In this document: positions 19,164 to 20,000 of the stretch, in pieces
How positions within the stretch are numbered: position 1 is the stretch's first letter
Layout: each line of letters begins with the position of its first letter
NCBI RefSeq assembly: GCF_004010195.1
Contig: NC_057719.1
Span: forward strand, 48,320,427-48,340,426
Length of the DNA: 20,000 nt
Reading direction: 5' to 3'
Source: Chiloscyllium plagiosum
Lineage: Eukaryota
Translations under genes and position numbers: made by a program
The notes under the pieces: generated by a model
The model's input: the letters and a program-made list of their open reading frames with translations, nothing else
The model's database searches: none
Told to the model about the DNA's origin: nothing

Positions 19164-20000
19164 ATAGAGTCATAGAGATGCACAGCATGGAAACAGACCC
19201 TTTGGTCCAACTCATCCATGCCAACCAGATATCCCAACCCAATCTAGTCCCACTTGCCAGCACCCGGCCCATATCCCTCCAAACCCTTCCTATTCATATA
19301 CCCATCAAATGCCTCTTAAATGTTGCAATTGTACCAGCCTCCACCACATCCTCTGACAGCTCATTCCATACACGTACCACCCTCTGCATGAAAACATTGC
19401 CCTTAGGTCTGTTTTATAACTTTCCCTTCTCACCCTCAGCCTATGCCCTCTAGTTCTGGACTCCCCGACCCCAGGAAAAAGACTTTGTCTATTTATCCTA
19501 TCCATGCCCCTCATAATTTTGTAAACCTCTTTATGGTCACCCCTCAGCCTCCGACGATCCAGGGAAAACAGCCCCAGCCTGTTCAGCGTCTCCCTGTAGC
19601 TCAGATCCTTCAACCCTGGCAACATCCTTGTAAATCTTTTCTGAACCCTTTCATGTTTCACAACATCTTCCCGATACGAAGGAGACGAGAACTGCACGCA
19701 ATATTCCAACAGTGGCCTAACCAATGTCCTGTACAGCCGCAACATGACCTCCCAACTCCTGTACTCAATACTCTGACCAACAAAGTAAAGCACACCAAAC
19801 ATCTTCTTCACTATCCTATCGACCTGCGACTCCACTTTCAAGGAGTTATGAACCTACACTCCAAGGTCTCTTTGTTCAGCAACACTCCCTAGGACCTTAC
19901 CATTAAATGTATAAGTCCTGCTAAGATTTGCTTTCCCAAAATGCAGCACCTCGCATTTATCTGAATTAAACGCCATCTGCCACTTCTCAGCCCAATGGCC
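19164..20000 (-). mobile_element. HER1-like CR1 LINE, relatively young; runs off the window
   Basis: ORF 19305-19841: IEYRSWEVMLRLYRTLVRPLLEYCVQF.SP..VQKRFTRMLPGL..YRE.LNRLGLFSL.RRRLRGD..EVYKIMRG. The 3' UTR and tail at 19164-19230 are homologous to the HE1 tail. Confidence 0.95.

Noticed and set aside
19097..19892. Plus-strand ORFs of 118 and 149 aa
   Set aside because: Antisense to CR1 ORF2; no independent evidence.

Overview
Repeat-dense, AT-rich vertebrate genomic DNA. The repeat families (HE1-like V-SINE, HER1/CR1 LINEs, Deu-domain SINE) point to a shark or other elasmobranch; this is an inference from remembered repeat sequences, not a database result. No host protein-coding gene is supportable. 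Every recognisable ORF is a retroelement fragment: a decayed Penelope-like element (RT + GIY-YIG, 1-1525) and many nested CR1-type LINE pieces. The main signal is a set of about nine short (~65-220 bp) non-coding insertions from at least three or four sequence families. Most carry a minimal type-I hammerhead ribozyme core (CUGAUGA-stem II-GAAA-palindromic stem III), intact or decayed, and the same motif lies in the 3' end of the Penelope element. Several copies have 13-17 bp target-site duplications and Penelope-style inversions, and one inverted copy ends at the predicted self-cleavage site. Together this suggests Penelope-mobilised, hammerhead-processed non-autonomous retroelements (retrozyme-like). 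A candidate 130-nt spliceosomal intron (17750-17879) hints that part of the window is transcribed.
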